Translations under genes and position numbers: made by a program
Part shown: positions 1-10,833 of the stretch, piece after piece
Layout of the letters: each line of letters opens with the position of its first letter
Numbering within the stretch: position 1 is the first letter of the stretch
Notes under the pieces: model-generated
What the model was told of the DNA's origin: nothing
Seen by the model: only the letters and a program-made list of their open reading frames with translations
The model's database searches: none
Source of the DNA: Acidimicrobiaceae bacterium
GTDB taxonomy: Bacteria; Actinomycetota; Acidimicrobiia; Acidimicrobiales; RAAP-2
Direction: 5' to 3'
Length of the DNA: 64,000 nt
NCBI GenBank assembly: GCA_027306585.1
Contig: DAHUZJ010000021.1
Span: forward strand, 3,564-67,563

Positions 1-25
1 CCGGGCGTCGGACGCCGGCGCCCGG
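1..25 (-). terminator. possible stem-loop just downstream of the trxB stop
   Basis: CCGGGCG (1-7) pairs with CGCCCGG (19-25), with inner CGG/CCG pairs and a 3-nt loop. It lies about 20 nt past the trxB stop on the minus strand. Any U-tract would be outside the window. Confidence 0.25.
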
Positions 26-44
26 TGGGGGGGAGGCGGCTGGA

Positions 45-1007
45 TCAGGATCCCCGCGCCTCGAGCCAGCGCTCGGCATCGATGGCGGCCATGCATCCCG
101 ACCCGGCGGCCGTGATGGCCTGCCGGTAGACGTGGTCCTGGACGTCGCCGCACACGAACACGCCGTCGACGTTGGTGCGGGAGCCTTCGGACGTGGCGAC
201 GTACCCTGTGGTGTCGAGGTCCAGCTGTCCCCGCAGCACGGCGGTGTTGGGCTCGTGGCCGATGGCGACGAACACGCCGTCGACCGGCAGCTCCGACGGC
301 TCGCCGCCGACCGTGTCGCGCAGGCGCACCCCGGTGACCTTCCCGTCGCCCACCACTTCGGTGACGACGGCGTTCCAGTGGAACTCGATCGTCGGGTTGG
401 CGAAGGCTCGGTCCTGGAGGATGCGGGAGGCGCGGAGCTGGTGGCGGCGGTGCACCACCGTGACCTTGGCGGCGAACCGGGTGAGGAAGAGCGCCTCCTC
501 CAGGGCGGAGTCGCCCCCGCCTACGACGACGACGTGCTGGGAGCGGAAGAAGAAGCCGTCGCAGGTGGCGCAGGTGGAGACGCCGTGGCCGAGCAGGCGG
601 TCCTCACCCGGAACGTCCAGCATGAGGGCGCGTGCCCCGGTGGCGACGATGAGCGTCTCGGCTTCGTACGTGGGCTCCGGCGCCTCCGGGGCGCCGACCC
701 ACACCCCGAACGGGGAGCCACCGCCCAGCTCCAGGCGCGTCACCTTGTCCGTGACCATCTCGGCACCGAACCGCGCGGCCTGGGAGCGCATGGCGGCCAT
801 CAGCTCCGGCCCCAAGATGCCGTCGGGGAAACCGGGGAAGTTCTCGACCTCGGTCGTCAGCATCAGCTGGCCCCCCGGCTGGTCGCTCGTGGAGGACGGC
901 TGGCCCTCGACCACCAGGGGCGACAGCTGGGCGCGGGCGGTGTACACGGCCGCCGTCAGGCCGGCGGGGCCGGAACCGGCGATCACGACCTTGCGGTGCT
1001 CGGTCAC
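45..1007 (-). CDS. trxB: thioredoxin-disulfide reductase
   Basis: 320-aa ORF with the FAD motif GSGPAG, the redox-active CATCDG and the NADPH motif GGGDSA. Length is typical of low-Mr TrxR. Confidence 0.95.
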   Translation of the reverse strand: MTEHRKVVIAGSGPAGLTAAVYTARAQLSPLVVEGQPSSTSDQPGGQLMLTTEVENFPGFPDGILGPELMAAMRSQAARFGAEMVTDKVTRLELGGGSPFGVWVGAPEAPEPTYEAETLIVATGARALMLDVPGEDRLLGHGVSTCATCDGFFFRSQHVVVVGGGDSALEEALFLTRFAAKVTVVHRRHQLRASRILQDRAFANPTIEFHWNAVVTEVVGDGKVTGVRLRDTVGGEPSELPVDGVFVAIGHEPNTAVLRGQLDLDTTGYVATSEGSRTNVDGVFVCGDVQDHVYRQAITAAGSGCMAAIDAERWLEARGS

Positions 1008-1011
1008 GGCG

Positions 1012-1401
1012 CTACTGGGCGGACCGCGGACGGACGCTGCGGCGGGACCATGCGCCCAGCCCCGACAGGGTGAGCAGGCCGCCGAGGAGGGTGTACGAGG
1101 CCCAGTTGTGGTTGGGGAACGCGTAGGTGTCGAGGATCCGGAGCACGGCGACGGACACCAGCACGGTGACCAGCACGGCCAGGGCGGCGATCACGAGCCC
1201 GAACACCATGGCCCGGACGACGAGGGCCACCGGCCGGATCGCCTTGTCGTGGAGGGCGTCGACCACCATCTCGACGGTGTCGGCCGCCTTCTTCGGCCAC
1301 TCGATGCCTGCCAAGCCGGCACTCGCAGGTGCCCCGCCTCCGATACCCCGCGGTCCGGTCGGTTGCGCCGCCCCGCTGTCCACTGCTCCGCCGTCGGCCA
1401 T
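1012..1401 (-). CDS. small membrane protein, unknown function
   Basis: 129-aa ORF 4 nt upstream of trxB on the same strand. It has two clear hydrophobic helices ([23 protein letters not shown]; [16 protein letters not shown]) and GC3-rich codons. Confidence 0.55.
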   Translation of the reverse strand: MADGGAVDSGAAQPTGPRGIGGGAPASAGLAGIEWPKKAADTVEMVVDALHDKAIRPVALVVRAMVFGLVIAALAVLVTVLVSVAVLRILDTYAFPNHNWASYTLLGGLLTLSGLGAWSRRSVRPRSAQ

Positions 1402-1478
1402 ACCGCGAGGTTAGTGGGATCGCGGTGTGGCCCGGCTCCTGGAACGGGCGGCCGCGAAGGACCGCCCCCGGCGGCGGC

Positions 1479-2336
1479 TCAGGTCGCCGACCGCCCCGGG
1501 GGCAGCTGGTAGCTGATGCCGATGGCTCCGGGGCCGGCGTGCGTGCCCACGACCGGACCGAGGTCGACGACCACCAGCTCGTGCGCCACTTCGACGTCCG
1601 CCAGCCGCGAGACGACGGCCCCGATGTCCGCCGCCGCCCCGTTGCTCACGGCGAGCCGCTCGAGCGGTGCGGCGCCAGCGGCCTTGGCCACCAGGTACTC
1701 GAGGGACCGGCTGCGCGTGCGCTGCTTCGACTCCTGCTCGACCACTCCGTCGCGGACCTCGATGACCGGCTTGATCGAAAGGAGCGACCCGAGGAGCGCG
1801 GCGGCGCCGCCGATCCGGCCGCCGCGCTGGAGGTGGTCGAGGGTGTCGACCGCGCCGAGGACGTGGGTGCGCCCCACGAGGTCCTTGCACAAGGCGGTCA
1901 CCTCCTCGAGGGAGGCGCCAGCGGCGGCCGCCTCGGCGGCGGCCAGACAGATGAGGCCCTGCCCCATCGTCACCGACCGCGTGTCCACCACCTGCACCGG
2001 CAGCCTGTTGGCCGCGGCCGCGGCGCCGGCGAGCGCGGCCTGGTGGGTCGCCGACAGGGCCGACGAGATCGTGCAGCACACCACGCCGTCGGCCCCTGCA
2101 TCGGCGGCTGCCACGAAGGCGGCCTGGAACGCCCCCGGCGGCGGTGCCGCCGTCTCGGGCAGCGCCGCCGACGTGCGGCACCGTTCCCAGAAGGCGGCCG
2201 GCGTGAGGTCCCGGCGGTCGAGCAGCTCCTCGTCGCCGAAGCGGATCGTGAGCGGGACGACCGTGATACCTGCCGGGACGGCGAGCTCGTCGGTCAGGTC
2301 GCTGGCGCTGTCGGTGACGACGCGGACGCCGGGCAT
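1479..2336 (-). CDS. DegV family (fatty-acid-binding) protein
   Basis: 285 aa. The N-terminus VRVVTDSASDL and the later SSALSATHQAA and GPVVGTHAGPGAIG segments match the DegV pattern. Confidence 0.8.
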   Translation of the reverse strand: MPGVRVVTDSASDLTDELAVPAGITVVPLTIRFGDEELLDRRDLTPAAFWERCRTSAALPETAAPPPGAFQAAFVAAADAGADGVVCCTISSALSATHQAALAGAAAAANRLPVQVVDTRSVTMGQGLICLAAAEAAAAGASLEEVTALCKDLVGRTHVLGAVDTLDHLQRGGRIGGAAALLGSLLSIKPVIEVRDGVVEQESKQRTRSRSLEYLVAKAAGAAPLERLAVSNGAAADIGAVVSRLADVEVAHELVVVDLGPVVGTHAGPGAIGISYQLPPGRSAT

Positions 2337-2408
2337 GGGTTCCCCCGTTCGGTCTTGCTGTGGTGGCCGGCGCGTCCGCGGGCATCGTCCCGGGCGGCCG
2401 GCAAGAAC

Positions 2409-4697
2409 CTACCGCGGCGGCCGGCCTCGGAGACCCGTCGGCGTGCCGCCGATCCACCGGACGTCCCCGACGTCGTTCGTCCCCAGGAGGTCGTCCGCGT
2501 CCACGGGCTCCTGGGGACGCCGCCCGCGACGGGCACGACCGGGATCCGGCACGATGCGCACGTGGCCGCCGGCGCCTCCCCGGGGGCTCGCGGCAGCGCT
2601 CTCCCCCGGGACCTGGGGGGAGGGCGAGCCGTGCGCCGGGGCCACGTCGTGGTGCGGCGGGGGCGGTATCGCCGGCTGGCCGGCGGGCGGCGGGTCGACC
2701 GGCACCCGGGGGCGAGGAGCGGTTGGTGCTCCCCGCCGGCGCCCCCCACTGCGAGCGCCGGCGCCCGGAGCGTCGGCGCCCGGGACCGTCACTCGGGCGC
2801 GGCCGCCGGTCACCCGGGCCCCGGTGATGTGGACCCGCGGGTCCTCGTGCCGGGCCCGAGGCGGCGTCTCCGCGCCGTGAACGACGCCGCCCGCCCTGCC
2901 ACCGCTCGGCCTGGTCGCCGGCCACCCGCCGCGGTCGTCGTCGGTCGGCTCGGGGAACGGGCTGAAGCCGCGACGCCGCCCGCCGAGCAGGGTGGCCGCG
3001 GCTGCGTACACCGCACCCCCCACCACGACCGAGCCGGCCACCCGCACCAGCAGGCCGATACCCTGCTGGGCGCCCGAGATGTTGGACACGACGAGGACCA
3101 CCGCCCCCATCACGGCCGTCGCCAGCCCGACACGGCGCAGCGGTCCCCACGTCCGGGTGCCGCCGAGCGTCCCCAGCCAGCGGTGCAGGACGACGAGGCC
3201 GATCACGGCCGCCACCGAGTAGGCGATCGAGAGGGACAGCGCCAGGCCGCGCACCCCGAGCGGATGGACGAGGGCGGCGGCCAGCGCCACGTTGAGCCCG
3301 TTCTCCACCAGGTACAGCCAGAAGGCGACCTTGGGCCGCTGCATCGATTGCAGCACGCGGATGACGTACAGGAAGGCGCAGAAGCCGGGAAGGCCGAGGG
3401 AGAAGAGGGCGAGCGACGAGCCGGTCACCTGGGTCCCTGTCACCGTCGTCGAGCCGTGCCCGAGCAGCAGGGCAACGGCCGGCTTGGCGAGCAGGAACAT
3501 CCCGACGGCGGCGGGGAGGATGGCGGCCAAGGTGGCCCGCAGGCCGGCGGCCAGTCGACGCCGGAAGGCGGCGAGGTCGCCGGTGGCCCACCGCTCGGAG
3601 AGCTCGGGCGTGACGGCGCTCATGATCGAGACCGCCACCACGGCGAACGGCAGTTGCATGAAGGTGTACGCGTACGTGTACGACGAGACGGGGTCGGTGC
3701 CGGGCGCGCCCACGGCGAGGGTCAGGACGACGAAGAGGGCGACCTGGTTCGCCACGACGAAGCCGAACGTCCAGCTGCCCAGGCGGACGACCGTCCGCAC
3801 CGCCTCGTGCCGAGGGTCCCACCGCCAGCGCAGCCGGGCCAGCCCGATCCCGCGGAGCGCCGGCAGGAGCAGTCCCGCCTGCAGGGCGACCCCGAGGGTC
3901 GTGCCCAAGCCGAGCAGCAGCAGCTCGCCGGAGTTGACCTGCACGCCCCGCAGGGTCGGGAAGTGGGGGACGAGGGCGTGGAACCACAACAGGACCCCGA
4001 TGCACACGAGGTTGTTGGCGATCGGGACCCACATCGGGGCGGCGAACCGCCGCTTCGAGTTGAGCAGGGCCTCCGCCAGGGCGAGCAGCCCGTAGAGGGC
4101 GATCTGGGGGACGAACCACCGGAGCAGCGTCGTGGCGACCGAGCGTTCCGACGCCAGGGTGGTGGCGTGGGCGGCGGAGGTGGAGCCGAGCGCGGTGAAG
4201 GCCGAGATGATCTCGGGCGAGAGGAGCCAGAAGAGCACCGTCATGACGGCCAGGACGACGACGGACAGCGTGACGATGGACGAGATGGCCCGCCAGGCCT
4301 CGCGGTCGGACCGGGTTGCCAGCCGGTCGACGAACACGGGGATGAAGGTGGCCGACAGCACCCCGCCGAGGACGATGTCGTAGAGCATGTTGGGGGTGGT
4401 GTTGGCGAGGTTGTACGCGTCGGCCAGGTGGTGGAAGCCCAGCGCGTAGGCGAGGGCGATGACCCGGAGCAGCCCGGTGATCCGCGAGACGGCGGTCCCG
4501 GCGGCCATGCCGGCGGTCGCCCGACGAAGGTTGGTCGGGTCGGCGGAATCGGCCGCCACCCCGCCGCCGGCGTCCACCGAGGCGTCGCCGGTCATCCCGG
4601 ACGGCGTGGTGATGGTGCGGGGGGCCACCCACCCGGCCCGGCCGACCAAGCGGCGGGTGCCGACGTCGTCGGGTCCGGAGAGGGCGTCGTCGGTCAC
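2409..4697 (-). CDS. murJ: lipid II flippase MurJ/MviN with an approximately 190-aa low-complexity C-terminal tail
   Basis: The N-terminal region reads AAGTAVSRITGLLRVIALAYALG ... ADAYNLANTTPNMLYDIVLGGVLSATFIPVFV, typical of MurJ, and is followed by many TM helices. The position next to the DUF6049-like gene and cca matches mycobacteria. Confidence 0.85.
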   Translation of the reverse strand: MTDDALSGPDDVGTRRLVGRAGWVAPRTITTPSGMTGDASVDAGGGVAADSADPTNLRRATAGMAAGTAVSRITGLLRVIALAYALGFHHLADAYNLANTTPNMLYDIVLGGVLSATFIPVFVDRLATRSDREAWRAISSIVTLSVVVLAVMTVLFWLLSPEIISAFTALGSTSAAHATTLASERSVATTLLRWFVPQIALYGLLALAEALLNSKRRFAAPMWVPIANNLVCIGVLLWFHALVPHFPTLRGVQVNSGELLLLGLGTTLGVALQAGLLLPALRGIGLARLRWRWDPRHEAVRTVVRLGSWTFGFVVANQVALFVVLTLAVGAPGTDPVSSYTYAYTFMQLPFAVVAVSIMSAVTPELSERWATGDLAAFRRRLAAGLRATLAAILPAAVGMFLLAKPAVALLLGHGSTTVTGTQVTGSSLALFSLGLPGFCAFLYVIRVLQSMQRPKVAFWLYLVENGLNVALAAALVHPLGVRGLALSLSIAYSVAAVIGLVVLHRWLGTLGGTRTWGPLRRVGLATAVMGAVVLVVSNISGAQQGIGLLVRVAGSVVVGGAVYAAAATLLGGRRRGFSPFPEPTDDDRGGWPATRPSGGRAGGVVHGAETPPRARHEDPRVHITGARVTGGRARVTVPGADAPGAGARSGGRRRGAPTAPRPRVPVDPPPAGQPAIPPPPHHDVAPAHGSPSPQVPGESAAASPRGGAGGHVRIVPDPGRARRGRRPQEPVDADDLLGTNDVGDVRWIGGTPTGLRGRPPR

Positions 4698-4704
4698 GGC
4701 GACC

Positions 4705-6834
4705 TCATGTGGTGCTGCCCGCTGCCTCGTGCGCGGCGCGCCGGCGCCACCCGGTCCGCCACGAGCGCGCCCACCATCCGAGGAGCACCAGCACCGCCAG
4801 GACGGTGAGGATCACCCCCACGACCGAGGTGGCGGTCGACCGCACGGTGACCTGCGTCTTGGCGAAGACGAGGCCGGGCACCGAGAACTGCACTGTGAGC
4901 GGCGAGTCCCCGAGCGTGCGGGCCTCCACGTGGAAGCGGACGGAGTTGTTGGGGTGGTCCAGTGTGAGCGGCTGCGCCGTCGAATCGGGGAAGTTGAACT
5001 TGTTGCTCGAGACGCTGAGCGTTCCCCGGATCGCGTAGGGGGCAGCGGACACCACGGTGATGGGGATCCACCCTGTCCGCGACGTCAAGGTGATTGTCCG
5101 GTTGGTCGACAGCTGGACCAGCGACAGCTGGTGGGCGAGGATCTTGTCGAACGCCGACACGGACGTCGCCATCCCGGCCCGGCCCCGGTAGTCGGCCTCG
5201 GCGGCGAGCAGCGCCTGGTCGAGCCCCGCCAGCACCGATGGGGCGCCGCGCACGGCGGTGCCGAAGTGGGTGAGGCGCAGCCGGGCTGTGCTGAGCCGGG
5301 CGGCGAGCGCCTTCGAGAGGGCCTGGGCGGGCCCGGCCGACTGGAGGTGCCGGACGTCTGTTGTGGGCGCAGGCACTGTGGCGAAGAAGGCGGCGAGGGT
5401 GACGGGCTGCACCACCGGGCTGTTCTTGAGCCCGGACAGCAACTGGTCCAAGAAGCGCGCTGTCTCGTGCCAGCCCGCCACCGGCACCGCCACCATCCCG
5501 CGAGGCGTGGATGTGTTGGGCCGCTCGAAGTGGATGATGGCCAAGTCGGCCACGAGCTGGGCGGCGGCCAGCGCCGGGTCCCCCGGGTCGGCGGCGAACT
5601 GGGAGCCCAGCACGCTGTCCGAGGCGCTGGCGGTGAGGGTCGGTCCTTTGCCAAAGGGCAGCTGGAACGGCCAGCCCCATGTGACGCCGGCGCCGACCGG
5701 GGGCCGGGCGAGCTGGATGTCGGGCACGACGACGTGCGTGGCGCCCACCTGGCCGAGCCCGGTGCCGGTGGCGTCGCTGACCTGGCCGGTGCTCACCCAG
5801 GTTGTGGGGGCCGTCACGCTGACGCCGTACTGCTTGAGGACGGAGCGGGCCGCGGTGACCTGCGCTGTGATCTCGGTGGGCTCGCCGGCTGCGGCGAGCC
5901 CACCGAGATCCACGGGCACGTAGGTCTGTGCGACGGTCTCGTCCACCGTGGGCCGCGTGGTCGACAGGTGGGCCAGCGTGGCGACGGCGGCCCGTCCGGC
6001 GGACCCGCTCTTGCTCAGCGCCTCGACCGTCTGAGGGGTGGGCTCGAGGGTCACCGGGACCGACGACTGGTGCAGGGTGCCGACGAGCCGTGTCAGCGAG
6101 CGAGCCGTGGTGGGGGAGAGGGGCGTCAGGGCCTTGGACGGGTCGGTGGCCCCAGCTCGCACCGTGGTCGGGGCCGACACGGGCACGACCCAGGCGAAGC
6201 GCAGCGGGTCGGCGCTGGTGCGGGGCGCGTACGTGAGGTACGTGGTGAACTGCCCGAGGGGCGCGCCCGCCGGGCTCTGGAGCGAGACGACCGCCGGGTA
6301 CACCCCTGTGCAGAGCCCGCGAGCGGCTGTGCATGTCAGGTCGATCGTGGGCGTCCCCGCCGCGGGGGCGGGGCTCGTCGAGGAGGACGCCTCAACGGCG
6401 ACCCGGAGCTGGACCACCCCGGCACCGTGCGGACCCGTGGGCAGCTGGGCGAGCGGCACCGGTGTGGTGTGGTCGACCTCCGGCGCGTCGCTCTGGCTGG
6501 GCGGGGTGTGCAGCGTCGCCTCGTACCCGCTCCGGGTGCGGAGCCGGGCGTACACGCTGACGCTGACCTCGGCGTCCGCCGGGGCGTCGACCGCCGAGAG
6601 GACCAGTGTGAATGTCCCCGGGCCGCCTGCGGCCGACGGCGTGACCCAGTTGCTCTGGGACTCGAGCGTGAGCACCGGGCCCTGCCCGGCCGCCTTGGAC
6701 GTGCCCTTGGTGGACGTCGCGCCGAGGGCGGGGGACGGCAGGACGGCCGACGCGACGACCAGGAGGCTCGCGACCAGGGCGGCTGCCGCCGCCGGCAGGG
6801 CACGCCGGGTCACCCGGCCACGCGACACCGACAC
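4705..6834 (-). CDS. secreted/anchored conserved actinobacterial protein (DUF6049-like, Rv3909-position homolog)
   Basis: 709 aa with an N-terminal signal peptide (AALVASLLVVASAVLPSPALGA) and a C-terminal TM helix (VVGVILTVLAVLVLLGWW). It sits in the syntenic slot between murJ and cca. Confidence 0.6.
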   Translation of the reverse strand: MSVSRGRVTRRALPAAAAALVASLLVVASAVLPSPALGATSTKGTSKAAGQGPVLTLESQSNWVTPSAAGGPGTFTLVLSAVDAPADAEVSVSVYARLRTRSGYEATLHTPPSQSDAPEVDHTTPVPLAQLPTGPHGAGVVQLRVAVEASSSTSPAPAAGTPTIDLTCTAARGLCTGVYPAVVSLQSPAGAPLGQFTTYLTYAPRTSADPLRFAWVVPVSAPTTVRAGATDPSKALTPLSPTTARSLTRLVGTLHQSSVPVTLEPTPQTVEALSKSGSAGRAAVATLAHLSTTRPTVDETVAQTYVPVDLGGLAAAGEPTEITAQVTAARSVLKQYGVSVTAPTTWVSTGQVSDATGTGLGQVGATHVVVPDIQLARPPVGAGVTWGWPFQLPFGKGPTLTASASDSVLGSQFAADPGDPALAAAQLVADLAIIHFERPNTSTPRGMVAVPVAGWHETARFLDQLLSGLKNSPVVQPVTLAAFFATVPAPTTDVRHLQSAGPAQALSKALAARLSTARLRLTHFGTAVRGAPSVLAGLDQALLAAEADYRGRAGMATSVSAFDKILAHQLSLVQLSTNRTITLTSRTGWIPITVVSAAPYAIRGTLSVSSNKFNFPDSTAQPLTLDHPNNSVRFHVEARTLGDSPLTVQFSVPGLVFAKTQVTVRSTATSVVGVILTVLAVLVLLGWWARSWRTGWRRRAAHEAAGSTT

Positions 6835-6912
6835 CTTGAAACGCTAGACGCCCCAGGGAGGATCGGGTTCCCGCCGGCCGGGGGGCCCGACGGGGGGCAG
6901 TACCGTGGGTGG

Positions 6913-8334
6913 GTGCAGCAGACGACGGTGCCCGAGCGCTTCCGCCCCCTGGTGTCGGCGACGGCCGACCTGGCGGAGCGCTTCGCCGCCGCCGGTCACA
7001 GCCTGTACCTGGTGGGTGGCTCGGTGCGGGACGCGCTCCTGGCGACCTCGGGCGGCGGCGAGCCGGGCTACGAGCGGGACTTCGACCTCACCACGGACGC
7101 CGGGCCCGACGACATCGAACGGATCGTGTCCCCGTGGGCCGCCGCCCTGTGGACCCAGGGCAAGCGGTTCGGGACGATCGGGTGCCGGGTCGGGAACCGA
7201 CGGTACGAGATCACGACGCACCGGGCCGAGGCCTACCAGCCGGGCTCCCGCAAGCCCGAGGTGACCTTCGGGGACGACATCGAGACCGACCTGTCCCGGC
7301 GGGACTTCACGATCAACGCCATGGCCCTCGAGCTGCCCGGCCTGCGCCTCGTCGACCCGTTCGACGGCATCGGCGACCTGGCGTCCCATCGGTTGCGCAC
7401 CCCCCTCGACCCCGAGGTGTCCTTCTCCGACGACCCGCTGCGCATGCTGCGGGCCGCCCGCTTCATCGCCGCCTACGACCTGGTCCCCGACGAGGCACTG
7501 GTGGCGGCGGTGGCCGCCGGCCATTCCCGCCTGGCCATCGTGTCGGCCGAGCGCATCCGCGAGGAGCTCGACAAGATCGTGGTGCTGCCCGTGCCGTCCC
7601 GGGCGCTGTGGTTCGTGGTGGACAACGGGCTGGCGGAGGAGTTCCTCCCCGAGCTGACGGCGCTCCGCCTGGAGCAGGACCCGGTCCACCGGCACAAGGA
7701 CGTGCTCGCCCACACCCTGGCGGTGGTGGACAAGACCCAATCCGACCGGATCCTGCGGTTGGCGGCGCTCTTCCATGATGTCGGCAAGCCCAGGACCCGG
7801 GTCTACGGACCGGGCGGGGTGAGCTTCCACCACCACGAGGTGGTGGGGGCGCGCATCACCAAGCAGCGGATGGAAGCCCTGCGGTACTCGAAGGAGGACG
7901 TCGACGCGGTGGTCCGCCTCGTCGAGCTCCACCTGCGCTTCCACACCTACCGCCTGGGCTGGACGGACAAGGCGGTTCGGCGCTACGTGCGCGACGCCGG
8001 GCCCCTCGTGGACCGGCTCAACGAGCTCACCCGGTGCGACTGCACGACGCGCAACGAGGCGAAGGCGCGCGCGCTCTCCCGCCGCATGGACGAGCTCGTG
8101 GCGCGCATCGCCGAGTTGCGCGAGCGGGAGGAGCTCGACGCCCTGCGCCCGGACCTCGACGGCACGGAGGTCATGGTACGGCTCGGTGTCGCCCCCGGCC
8201 CGGTGGTGGGTGAGGCGCTGGCGTTCCTGATGGACCTCCGCCTCGACGAGGGGCCGCTCGGCCCGGAGGAGGCCGGCCGCCGCCTCGACGAGTGGTGGGT
8301 GGCGCGTCAGGCTGCCGGCGTCACGCAGACCTGA
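6913..8334 (+). CDS. cca: CCA tRNA nucleotidyltransferase / poly(A) polymerase family with HD domain
   Basis: The GTG at 6913 opens VQQTTVPERF. Motifs are GGSVRDALL, DFDLTT and an HD region (HRHKDVLAHT ... FHDVGKP). The upstream part of the long track ORF 4459..8334 is antisense to real genes. Confidence 0.85.
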   Translation: MQQTTVPERFRPLVSATADLAERFAAAGHSLYLVGGSVRDALLATSGGGEPGYERDFDLTTDAGPDDIERIVSPWAAALWTQGKRFGTIGCRVGNRRYEITTHRAEAYQPGSRKPEVTFGDDIETDLSRRDFTINAMALELPGLRLVDPFDGIGDLASHRLRTPLDPEVSFSDDPLRMLRAARFIAAYDLVPDEALVAAVAAGHSRLAIVSAERIREELDKIVVLPVPSRALWFVVDNGLAEEFLPELTALRLEQDPVHRHKDVLAHTLAVVDKTQSDRILRLAALFHDVGKPRTRVYGPGGVSFHHHEVVGARITKQRMEALRYSKEDVDAVVRLVELHLRFHTYRLGWTDKAVRRYVRDAGPLVDRLNELTRCDCTTRNEAKARALSRRMDELVARIAELREREELDALRPDLDGTEVMVRLGVAPGPVVGEALAFLMDLRLDEGPLGPEEAGRRLDEWWVARQAAGVTQT

Positions 8335-8421
8335 CAGCACCGATGCAAGCCGCAGCGACGGGCCGGGTGCCATCCGGGGCGGCGGCCCCCCTCGGCCCCC
8401 TCGGCCCGCCGTCTCGTCGGC

Positions 8422-9519
8422 TCAGTCCTCGGGCCAGGAGGGTCCGGGCTCGCCAGCGGCGAACGCTTCGACCATCCCCTGGGCCTCGTCGTCGTGGTAC
8501 TGCACCGGCGGTGACTTCATGAAGTAGGCGGACGGCCCGAGCAGCGGGCCGCCGACACCGCGGTCGAGAGCGAGCTTGGCGCAGCGCACGGCGTCGATGA
8601 TGACACCCGCCGAGTTGGGCGAGTCCCACACCTCGAGCTTCAGCTCCACGTTGAGGGGGACGTCGCCGAAGTTGCGCCCCTCCATGCGGATGTAGGCCCA
8701 CTTGCGGTCCTGGAGCCACGGGACGTGGTCCGAGGGCCCGATGTGCACGTCGTCGGCGGGGAGGACGGTGTTCTCGATCTGGCTGGTCACGGCCTGGGTC
8801 TTCGACACCTTCTTCGACTGCAGCCGGTCCCGCTCGAGCATGTTGCGGAAGTCCATGTTCCCGCCGACGTTGAGCTGGTACGTGCGGTCGAGGGCGAGAC
8901 CGCGGTCCTCGAACAGGCGGGTGAGCACCCGGTGGACGATGGTCGCCCCGACCTGGCTCTTGATGTCGTCCCCGACGATCGGCACCCCGGCGTCACGGAA
9001 GCGGCGGGCCCACTCGGGGTCCGACGCGATGAAGACGGGGATGGCGTTCACGAAGGCGACGCCCGCCTCCAGGCACGCTTCGGCGTAGAAGCGTTGCGCC
9101 TCCTCCGAGCCCACCGGCAGGTAGGAGACGAGCACGTCGGCCTCGACCGCTCGCAGGGCGGCCGTCACGTCGACCGGCGCCTCGGGGGACTCCTCGACCA
9201 CGTCGCGGTAGTAGCGCCCGAGACCGTCGAACGTCGGCCCCCGCTGGACGGTCACGCCGAGGTGGCTGACGTCGGCGAAGCGGACGGTGTTGTTGTGCCC
9301 GGCGAGGATGGCCTTGGACAGATCGGTGCCCACCTTGGTGGCGTCGACGTCGAAGGCGGCCACCGGGACCACGTCCCGCACGTGGTAGCCGCCCAGCTCC
9401 ACGTGCATCAGGCCCGGCACCACCTCGTCGGTTGCCGCGTCGCGGTAGTAGGCGAGCCCCTGCACCAGCGAGCTGGCGCAGTTGCCCACGCCGGCGATGG
9501 CCACACGGACGCTGCTCAT
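8422..9519 (-). CDS. ino1: inositol-3-phosphate synthase
   Basis: 365 aa starting [21 protein letters not shown], with LNVGGNMDF and [11 protein letters not shown]. It resembles mycobacterial Ino1. Its ATG overlaps the stop of the upstream PadR gene (ATGA). Confidence 0.9.
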   Translation of the reverse strand: MSSVRVAIAGVGNCASSLVQGLAYYRDAATDEVVPGLMHVELGGYHVRDVVPVAAFDVDATKVGTDLSKAILAGHNNTVRFADVSHLGVTVQRGPTFDGLGRYYRDVVEESPEAPVDVTAALRAVEADVLVSYLPVGSEEAQRFYAEACLEAGVAFVNAIPVFIASDPEWARRFRDAGVPIVGDDIKSQVGATIVHRVLTRLFEDRGLALDRTYQLNVGGNMDFRNMLERDRLQSKKVSKTQAVTSQIENTVLPADDVHIGPSDHVPWLQDRKWAYIRMEGRNFGDVPLNVELKLEVWDSPNSAGVIIDAVRCAKLALDRGVGGPLLGPSAYFMKSPPVQYHDDEAQGMVEAFAAGEPGPSWPED

Positions 9520-10265
9520 CGGTTCTCTCCTTGTCGGTCCTGTTCGGGTCGGTCCTGGTCGAGTGGTTCGTGTCGTTCCGGCGCGCCCACGGTCGCGGGG
9601 ACGCTGGGAGCTGGCGCCGGACCGTCCGGCTGCGCCCCCGGCACTGCGGGGAGGGTCGCCCGTTCGGCCTCGATGAGGCGGTCGAGCCAGCGGATGTCGT
9701 GCTCCACGGCGTCGGCGGCGTGCTCGACGACGGAGCGGGCGTAGGCGCCGAGCCCTGGGCTGCCGGAGGTGCGCACGTCGCCGAGCCGCTCCGCCAGTTG
9801 CTGGCGCCGCCGCTCGAGGAGGGCGAGGCGCGCTTGCGGCGCCAGGTGGCCGGCGAAGGCCACGCGGAGGCTGAAGCTGCGGGGGTCGTCCGCTCCGTCG
9901 GCGCGGCAGAGCAGGTCGGCGAAGAGCTGGCGCCCGGTGTCGGTGATCCGGTAGGCCTTGCGCGACCGGCGGCCCCGGGTCCCGGCAGGGCGGCGCGACC
10001 GCAGCACCGCCCACTCGCCGCTGAGGGAGCCGGTGGGCGGGACGTCCGCCGGCGAGGGCTCGGTGGCCTCGACGGCCCCGCTCGCCTCGAGCCGGGCGAG
10101 CGCCGGGTACAGCGAGCCGAACGACACGTTGGCGAGGACGCCCAGCCCGTCGCGGAGCTGCCGGCGGATCTCGTAGCCGTGGAGCCCACCTCGTTCCTCC
10201 AAGAGGCCGAGGATCGCCAGATCGAGCATGGTCCAGAAGTATATCGAGTCGATATATCGACGCAT
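9516..10265 (-). CDS. PadR family transcriptional regulator
   Basis: [17 protein letters not shown] ... [17 protein letters not shown] is a PadR winged helix. It is coupled to ino1, as in mycobacteria (Rv0047c-Rv0046c). The start could instead be the internal ATG at 10229. Confidence 0.8.
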   Translation of the reverse strand: MRRYIDSIYFWTMLDLAILGLLEERGGLHGYEIRRQLRDGLGVLANVSFGSLYPALARLEASGAVEATEPSPADVPPTGSLSGEWAVLRSRRPAGTRGRRSRKAYRITDTGRQLFADLLCRADGADDPRSFSLRVAFAGHLAPQARLALLERRRQQLAERLGDVRTSGSPGLGAYARSVVEHAADAVEHDIRWLDRLIEAERATLPAVPGAQPDGPAPAPSVPATVGAPERHEPLDQDRPEQDRQGENR

Positions 10266-10364
10266 CGCTCATCGCCCGCACCGTGGCCGTAGGCCCAGAC
10301 GGGCGACGCCGCGCGGGCGGCGCCGGATGACGGCTCGGCGCGGTGGTGGCGGTAGCCTCGTTGC

Positions 10365-10808
10365 GTGACCAGCCGCTCCCGCACGGGGGCCCCGCGCAGC
10401 GTCGGGCCGACAGCCGGTTCCCAGCGTGAGGCCGGCGTCGAGTACCGCCTCGTCCGCGACGCCGTCGTCCGCGACGTGCGAAGGGGGAAGGTCGGGGCGG
10501 TCGACGTGTGCGACGCCCATCCGGAGCTCCTCCGAGCTGCTCGCAACGTCGGGCGGCCGTCGGGCGACGACTGCCCCATCTGCGAGTCGGCGACGACGAC
10601 GCACGTGACCTACGTGTTCGGCGCCGGGCTGCCCCCCGGTGGCCGGTGCCCGGGGACAGCGGCGGAGCTCAACCGGCTACGCCGGCGGCCGGAGCCGGTC
10701 CTCTGCTACGACGTCGAGGTGTGCCCGGACTGTGCCTGGCACCACCTGCTCCGCAGGTACCCGGCCGGCGGGGTGGCGCCCCGTCGGGCCCGGACCGGAC
10801 GCCGCTGA
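10365..10808 (+). CDS. DUF5318-like Cys-rich small protein
   Basis: 147 aa with CPICES ... CPDCAWHHL. It is divergent from padR-ino1, where DUF5318 proteins usually sit in actinobacteria. Confidence 0.6.
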   Translation: MTSRSRTGAPRSVGPTAGSQREAGVEYRLVRDAVVRDVRRGKVGAVDVCDAHPELLRAARNVGRPSGDDCPICESATTTHVTYVFGAGLPPGGRCPGTAAELNRLRRRPEPVLCYDVEVCPDCAWHHLLRRYPAGGVAPRRARTGRR

Positions 10809-10833
10809 CGTGGGCGCTGCCTACCTGGGAGGC

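Noticed and set aside
1329-4808. Very long ORFs (1159 aa on the plus strand; also 1411..4632 on the minus strand, 1073 aa) overlapping DegV and MurJ
   Set aside because: Their translations are Arg/Pro/Gly/Ala low-complexity with no motifs. They are antisense or out of frame to genes with clear family signatures. This is the usual stop-codon depletion of high-GC DNA.
8335-8421. Direct repeat CCCTCGGCC x2 and long-range GACGGGCCG...CGGCCCGCCGTC pairing between the convergent cca and ino1 genes
   Set aside because: The pairing is imperfect with a large loop. It could be a bidirectional terminator, but the evidence is not better than chance in GC-rich DNA.
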